DNA of 64,000 nucleotides from Eledone cirrhosa (Eukaryota). This document shows positions 57,401-64,000 of the stretch, in pieces. The position numbers and the translations under genes are program-made. The DNA is taken from contig OZ024740.1 in NCBI GenBank assembly GCA_964016885.1, positions 303,862,001-303,926,000 on the forward strand. The letters are read 5' to 3'. The notes under the pieces were generated by a model. That model was not told the origin of the DNA, did not search any database, and saw only the letters and a program-made list of their open reading frames with translations. How positions within the stretch are numbered: the stretch's first letter is position 1; the number at the start of each line of letters is the position of its first letter.

Positions 57401-60400
57401 AATCTTCGTCTACTAATGTGTGTCTCAAATACCTAATGAGAATTGCCAGTAAATAAAATTAGAAAAATGAAATTCTGAGAATTATTTTCTGTTTCATATC
57501 AATTCGATCATCTAGATTGTATTTCTACTTTCAAGTCTTGAATAATGTCGCCCTCTGCTTATTAATCTTTCATATTCCCTGCCTCTCTGCTTATTAAATT
57601 TGGCTAATCTATCTCCAGTGAAATTTTATTTTAAGTGGTAGCATTCCTGCAACAATTAATTTTCTTTAGACATCAAAAAACATTACACATAAGAAAAAAA
57701 AGAACATTACAAGAAATTCCATACGTTATAAAATAATAGGATGGGTTGGGGTCTCAATATGTAAACAAAACAACTAATTCTGTTTTTTAAAAAAAATCAA
57801 TGGAGACATCCTAGAAAAATTCCCTATTTTAATTTTAACTCTGTGGTAGATAGAGCTTGTAACATTGGAGACTTCTAGCATTCTTGGCCCACAGACCATA
57901 TCCCTACTCACTGCTATCGGAGTGGAGTTGGCTGCACACAGGCATGAGCCCCACGAGGTAGATTGGCTCTTCCAGCGCATCTCCCTCACTGTCCTCCAGG
58001 GTAATGTATTCTCCATCCAATCGACCAGAATCAAGAGGTGAAGCATGAGTTAGTGGGAGGTGGAGAATACTCATTAAGATGTCACACATTTACATATACT
58101 TCATATGAAAATTAATAGCTTTTTTGTGACTAGATACTTATTTTATAACTCAAAATGGAGGAGAGGAAATGCCTTCCTAGTGGGATTTGAACTGTGTAAA
58201 GTGCCAAACTAACAGCTATCAATTAGTCCTGATCTATTCTGCCTACATCAAATTGAGTCTTCAAGATAGTTGCTTTCTACCATCATCATCACTGTTTAAT
58301 GTCCGTTTTTCCACACTAGCATGGGTTTGACAAGTTGATCAGTTGTGAGACAAGCCAGATCAAATGACCATGTTTTGCTCATACTAAACTGTTTCTGGCT
58401 TGGTTTCAACGGCTGGATGCCATTCTTAACGCCAACCACATTTACAGTATGTACTGGGTGCTTTTTTTCATGACATCTACACAACCATTTAACAGTGTGT
58501 ACTGGGCACTTTTTGTCGTGACACCTACATAACCACTTCACAATGTGGACTGGGTGCTTTTTGTTGTATCACCTACACAACCACTTTACAGTGCGGGCTG
58601 AGTCTAGATCTAGAGTCATGTAAGGGGGCAGAGTGTTTGAGCGTGGGTTAGGACATGGCAGGTAGAGGAGAGGAGAGGAGGACATTGACGAAGGGAGGAG
58701 TGTTAGGACATGGAGGTGTATGGAAGGGGGTAGTGCATACAAGGTATGATGGAACTAAGATATTACATAAATATTTCTTTTAAACTTCATATATTACAAA
58801 AGAATCCTAGATGTTATTTTTATTTTTACATAAAGGAACAAAACAGGAATATGTATTTACCATAAGATGGCACCAAGAGCTGACACTGCCAAGACATAAA
58901 CATCTGCAGCAGTAGAGTTTAATGCATCACCTACAAATAATAACATGTTAAGACAGGTTAAAATAAATCCCAGTAATACAGAAGTTATTTTTTATAAATC
59001 AGAACCAAATTCTTAATCCTTGATACAAATCCACCTGAAAACACTCCTTGTTCTACAATACAAAACTTTATTTTAAAATGGTTATCATCATCATCACTGT
59101 TGTTTTAACATCCACGTTCTCTGCTAGCAAGGGTTGGACGGGTCTACATAGACCAATACAGTACTGAAACAGAGCCATTGATCTCCCAGGCAGGCCAGGG
59201 ATCTGTGTCTTGCTTTATGTATGTTCAACGCTCTACTGAATGCACATGAGAGTCCTCCTGACCCTTATCTAAAACATTTCCATTATAATTTTATGTAAGA
59301 ACCTTTTGTTCCAAACATCAGCTTAATAGTGAGAAAGTTATATTACTAAATCTCTCTAAATTCTTCATTATTTGAAAATGATAGGCAATGTTTTTCATTA
59401 TAAACATGGTAAGGAAAGAGTTAATGAAATAAAATGACAAATTTTCCATTACTTACTGTCAGACAACATCTTTTTCAAGACAGTTGGCCATACAGCTTCT
59501 TTAGATTCTTCATCAATAAAATAATTGCTTTCTGAGAGGGTTTTCAAAGTTTTTGAACTTTGCCAAAATTCCGTTCCAGGGGTCAATCCTTCCTTGACAA
59601 CATTACCAGGAAGATTGTTAACTATTTGCATTGCCTTTGGGTGTACTTTACCATTCTCATAGAGAATCTGAAATATCAAATCATTCCTTATCAATGACAA
59701 CAGAAGCAAACCAATAAATATAAGAAAATGATATTCAGATTTCTGTTTCAGAATTAAACATTTTTACTGGATGGAACCAATTTTCGACCATGATATGGTA
59801 AGTTGTTCTTCTTCGCCCACTTATTCCTGAGATGCGTGTGGGGACAGAGTCCTCAAACACTCTTTCAAGCGGGTCCTGTCAGAAGCAACTATCTCCAACT
59901 GACCTGGCTGGATCCCCAAGCGAGACCAGCCAAACTCATTAACCAATCTTCTTGCTCTAGGTCTACTCCTGGGTCTTCTGCCAGTTGGTTTTGTCCGTAA
60001 AATCTGTCCAGCAATTCTTTCCTAAGACATTCTAACCACATACCCATCATATCGGAGTTGTAATCTTTCAATTCAGAGAAGGAGCAGCTCTGCCTGGAGC
60101 AACTCTGACCTCCGAGCTACACTATTGAGTAACATTACTCTAAAGACCCTTTGGAGGAACCCCATTTTGGCTGCTTGTATTTGCGATCATATTCTTTTGG
60201 TCATTACCCAAGATTCACGACCATAGATAAGGGTCGACATGAATCCCGAATTGAAGATAACAAGTTTAGCTTATATACCTATCTCCTTTCTTCTGATTAC
60301 CAAAAGGTGAAGCTAGCACATTACTGCACCAGCTCTTGCAATTCTTGCACTTAATTCAGCCTCCTGCTTTCCATCACTTGTAAACACGGCCCAAGATACA

Positions 60401-63400
60401 TTGAACTTCCCCAAGCTGTCCCATATATAGAAAATATAGAATCATTCCAAAATCTTTTTTTTAAATTTCAAAATTCAAAGCACTTCCTTTGCCAAATATT
60501 TCAGATAAAGATCTAACAATTATAATAATAATTTCTAATACTAATGTTGTACATTAGGGAGGACTGGGTGGGGTGGTGACAGTTGAAAAACCAATGACAA
60601 TACTTGACTGGTATACATTTTACTATTAGCAATCATAATGTTTAGCACATGCACATAATTTTTCTAGGTTTCTCCCTTGATTTAAAAAAAAAAGCCAGAA
60701 TTAGTTGTTTAGTTTACATATTGAGACCCCAACCAAATCTATTCTATAACATATGGGATTTCTTGTAATGTTTTTTAATGACTAAAGAAAATTAATTGTG
60801 CTGGAATGCTACCACTTAAAATAAAATTTCACTGGAGATAGATTAGCAAAATTTAATGGTGAGGGGGAATTATTTGAGAGCCGAGAGTAAGCTGAAAAAT
60901 CATCATGATCAGTTTTAAGTCAATTTTTCCATGCTGGCATGGGTTAGATGGGTTGTCCTGTTGTAGGCAACGCTAGGTCAGGTGACTATGTCTTGCATAT
61001 ACAGAACTGATTTTAGCTTGGTTTCTACAGCTAGATGCCCTTCCTAACATCAACCCCATTTACAGTATTGGGTGCTTTTTGTTGTGTCACCAACATGACC
61101 ATTTACAGTGTGGGCTGGGTGCTTTTTGTCATGATACCTACATGACCGATTCACAGTGTGGGCTGTGTGCTTCACTAGATGCATACTTCGTACTGCCCTT
61201 GTGGAAAATGTATGGGAGTGGGGTGGTGCATACTGTATATATGCTTCAGCTTCAGCCTGTGCCGAGTCTGGTAGTCTTGTGTTATTGCCTTTGAGAGATG
61301 CAACTGAGCAAGGTCAGCTTTTATCACCTCATCCAAAGTCTTCCTGGGTCTACCCACTCCAAGGCTTCCATTTTGAGCAATCTGCACCTTTTTATACAGC
61401 TGTCATCCATCATATGCATCACATGTCCATACCAATCCAGTCACCTCTCCTGCACACTACATTTGATTTCTCTTATGCCTAGTTTCTCTTTCAGTTTGTT
61501 TATGCTTCGCTGTTCTTGTATATTACTATTACATATCCCTCGGAGAATGTAAAATTTTCAATCTACGCACGTCTTCTGCACACAACGCCCATGTCTCACT
61601 AACATGCAACATTGCTGTTCACATGCACGCATCATACAGTCTACCTTTCATTTTGAGGGAAAAGCCTTTTGCAGCTAGCAGTAGTATTAGTTCCCTGAAA
61701 TTCTTCCATCCCGTTCTTACTCTGGCTACTGTACTTTCAGAACACCCACCTCCCTACTAATTCGGTCACCTAGGTAACAGAAGCTGTCTACTGTTTCTAC
61801 CTAGCCCTCCCCAAAAAGAGATTTGAAGTTAGTAATATTCCTTATTCCAGCTTTCACACACAATTTGATAAATAAAATATAACCACTGAAATAACATACC
61901 TGAGCTGGAGTATGATGCATTAAAAGTGTACGGAATCTAGAATTGTGTCGGTCATCTGTAAACTGACCAATCTGAAAAGGAAACAGTGAATTAGATAAAC
62001 AAAATGAAAGAAAAGCAGCATAGAATTGTAACAGGAAGCACCTACCTGTAAATCCTTTTAAGTGACATCTAACTGAACTGGATTTGAACTATTTATTACT
62101 CTATTACATGTTCCAGCTGATTAGGTTTAGCTTCTGTATACTATCATAATACTAATTTACAGGGACAAAAGTTATAATTAACCCTTTAGCATTTACATTA
62201 CTCTATATTTATTATTGTAGTTTCACAGTAAAAGCTTTATATTTAATAATATCGAATCTATGAGATTTTGATATATTTATTTTGAGAACAATACCTTAAC
62301 ATCAGTATGAGGGAACGATTATGGCCAGTTTGATCAGAAAGAGGTGAGAAAATTCTGGCTGGATATGGCCAGTTTAAATGCTAAAGGGTTAAACAAAAAA
62401 CTGTGAGGAAAAAAATATAATTCAAAACTATACTCACATGAAATTTTCCAATAGAAGTGTCCACAAAACATACACCGTAAGTAAGACATCCATCATTTTC
62501 CTCCTTCAAATATAATGTACAATAGTTTACAAGTATAAATCACTAAATTGTATGCATAAGGTAAATTAGAAACTATCAACTGTAGGTATCACGACAAAAA
62601 GCGTTCTGTCCACACTCTAAAATGGTTGTGTAGGTGTCATGACAAAAACTGCCCAGCCCACACTCTAAAGTGATTGTGTAGGTGTCATGACAAAAAGTGC
62701 CCAGTCCATGCTGGTGTGTCACACGAAAAAAAAAAAAACACCCAGTATACACTGTAAATATGTTTGGCATTAGGAAGAGCATCCAGCTGTAGAAACCAAG
62801 TCAAAATCAGTTCTGTAATGAGCAAGACATGGGCACCTGATCTGACTTGTCTCACAACGGAAGAGCTCATCTAACCCATGCTAGCATGGAAAAATGGACA
62901 TTAAATGGCGATGATGCTTAATCTAGTCACAGCACATCACACACACATATCATCATCAACATCATCACTATTTTATATCCGTTCTTCCATGCTAGCATGG
63001 GTTAGACGGGTTGTCCTGTTGTGGGCAGTGTCTGGTGTCAGCTGACCATGTCTTGCTCATACGGGAACTAATTCTGGCTTGATTTCTACAGCTGGATGCC
63101 CTTCCTAACACCAACCTCATTTACAGTGAGTGCTGGGTGCTTTTTTGCCGTGGCGCCTACACGTCCACTTTAAGTGTGGGCTGGGTGCTTTTTTGCCGTG
63201 GCACCTCCACGACCAGTTTATAATCAATTACTAATTAATCAAGAAAATCAGATAAAATACCCCTAGAGAGGGAAAAAAGTAGACAGGGACAGAAGTGACT
63301 GTCCACTATTTTTCCATGTCCAAGATACTTTACACAATTTTCTCAACTATTATTTATAGTGATTAACTATCATTAATGTGATTTTGCATTAAGACACTAT

Positions 63401-63779
63401 AACATTTAAAATTTTCAAAATGCTCCATTTGTCAACAGCTTTAACAAAAATAAACATGGTTTAGAATTTCTGCAGAAAATTTACAGTATTAGAGTAAAAA
63501 CTACAATTTTCAATGTGATGCAATCATAGTGTTGTTTTGTACTTTTCTAGAATGTCTTGCTAATGCACTACAGGGCGTTAAGAATTAAACTAAGACCTCA
63601 TTAAAGAATATTATACTAGATAAAAATATGCAAGGTAACCTTTTCAGTAACAGCCAACAGGTAGGAATCAGCAGATTCACAACAGTCACCTTCCATGTAG
63701 TTGTATGTTTTGGTACCTTTTGTTGTGATCCTGCAGATCTCACGCTTCATCACTTTGTCGAATTTAGTAACAGTATGTT
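32836..63779 (-). CDS. MSH6: DNA mismatch repair protein MSH6, last 23 exons (~858 aa; 5' part lies beyond the window)
   Basis: Exons 63779-63640, 62503-62438, 61971-61900, 59667-59457, 58930-58861, 57432-57294, 54392-54284, 52666-52504, 46767-46687, 46560-46465, 44980-44890, 43755-43701, 42472-42372, 42235-42006, 40458-40326, 39948-39850, 38673-38554, 37424-37337, 35151-35062, 34376-34222, 33319-33185, 33092-33025, 32902-32836; all phases match. Motifs [25 protein letters not shown], Walker [54 protein letters not shown]. Confidence 0.96.
34020..34190 (-). mobile_element. tRNA-derived SINE, another family; degraded copies near 14930-15080, 19735-19865, 30415-30530
   Basis: Minus strand GGCAGTATCGATAGAGCG...GAGTTCAAATCTCGCCGAGGTTAACTTTGCCTTCCATCC..GGGGTCGATAAAATAAAGTACCAG. 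Confidence 0.65.
35577..35852 (+). mobile_element. Full-length tRNA-derived SINE; inverted copy at 53915-54192
   Basis: A box TAGCCTAGTGG, B box GATTCGATTCC, central GTGTTCTTGAG...CTCAGCTG domain, TGCGATGGACTGGCGTCC segment, tail GAGCC..AGACTTTA. Confidence 0.8.
40655..41515 (+). mobile_element. Composite RTE 3' fragment + spacer + GGAAGGGCATCC/(GAT)n tail; similar composites at 24340-24950(-), 54580-55385(-), 60905-61810(-)
   Basis: [26 protein letters not shown]...[16 protein letters not shown]; shared spacer ACCTACAGTCAG..GGCA.CTCTTAAC with the 54.6-55.4 kb copy. Confidence 0.75.
45287..45560. mobile_element. Tc1/mariner-type MITE; other copies near 12370-12700, 33440-33600, 55855-56168, 57530-57830, 60660-60888
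   Basis: TIR CTCTCGGGTCCCAAATAAT / ATTATGTGAGACTCGAGAG with TA on the right flank; conserved internal sequence. Confidence 0.65.
47738..50925 (-). mobile_element. Near full-length RTE-clade LINE (AP endonuclease + reverse transcriptase), inactivated by frameshifts and stops
   Basis: ORF pieces 50795-47790: [104 protein letters not shown]. Same orientation as MSH6, within a 5.7-kb intron. Confidence 0.95.
51165..51630. repeat. Compound microsatellite / low-complexity tract (AAT, GGT, GTT, CA, TA)
   Basis: Directly visible simple repeats. Confidence 0.85.
53195..53575 (-). mobile_element. RTE-derived SINE-like element with internal 48-bp tandem subrepeats; similar at 10545-10895, 46900-47160, 58280-58600, 62580-62920(+), 62950-63215
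   Basis: ACCACTTTACAGTGTGGACTGGG.. recurs at 53442, 53490, 53538; GGATGC.CTTCCTAA core and (CAT)n end. Confidence 0.85.
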
Positions 63780-64000
63780 CTGGAATGGAGAAGGATAAAA
63801 TATCAAATTTATATTTACATTATTTGAAACATTTATGCTATGAAACAATCATCTATAAAAAACCTGTCCAACAAAAGATCAGGATAATTCAGCTGTCAAA
63901 AAATCATGACAGCTTTGTTAGTGCTGGTGCTTCGATAAAATGCCCTTGGTAGAGCATGGGACGTCTGAGCACTTGGTAGAGTTCAGAAATATATATAAAC

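Overview
AT-rich, intron-rich eukaryotic DNA; the repeat families suggest an octopus/cephalopod (inference, not searched). Five protein-coding genes were rebuilt by hand from GT-AG sites with consistent phases: the 3' end of GFM2 (+), complete RPS29 (+), complete RNF8 (-), complete FAU/RPS30 (+), and the last 23 exons of MSH6 (-). RNF8 and FAU are head-to-head (~230 bp apart); FAU and MSH6 are tail-to-tail (114 bp between stops). Introns hold a Chapaev3-like DNA transposon, a near full-length RTE LINE plus many fragments, CRE-like retroposon remnants, SINEs, piggyBac/hAT/Tc1-type MITEs, a stack of Helitron-like elements and a LINE-derived 31-bp minisatellite. The most notable hidden signal is three unrelated families of type I hammerhead-ribozyme-like motifs (Penelope-like), each in an inverted repeat, clustered in RNF8 introns 2-4. 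Most ORFs in the supplied track are spurious or repeat-derived. I found no clearly novel protein-coding system.
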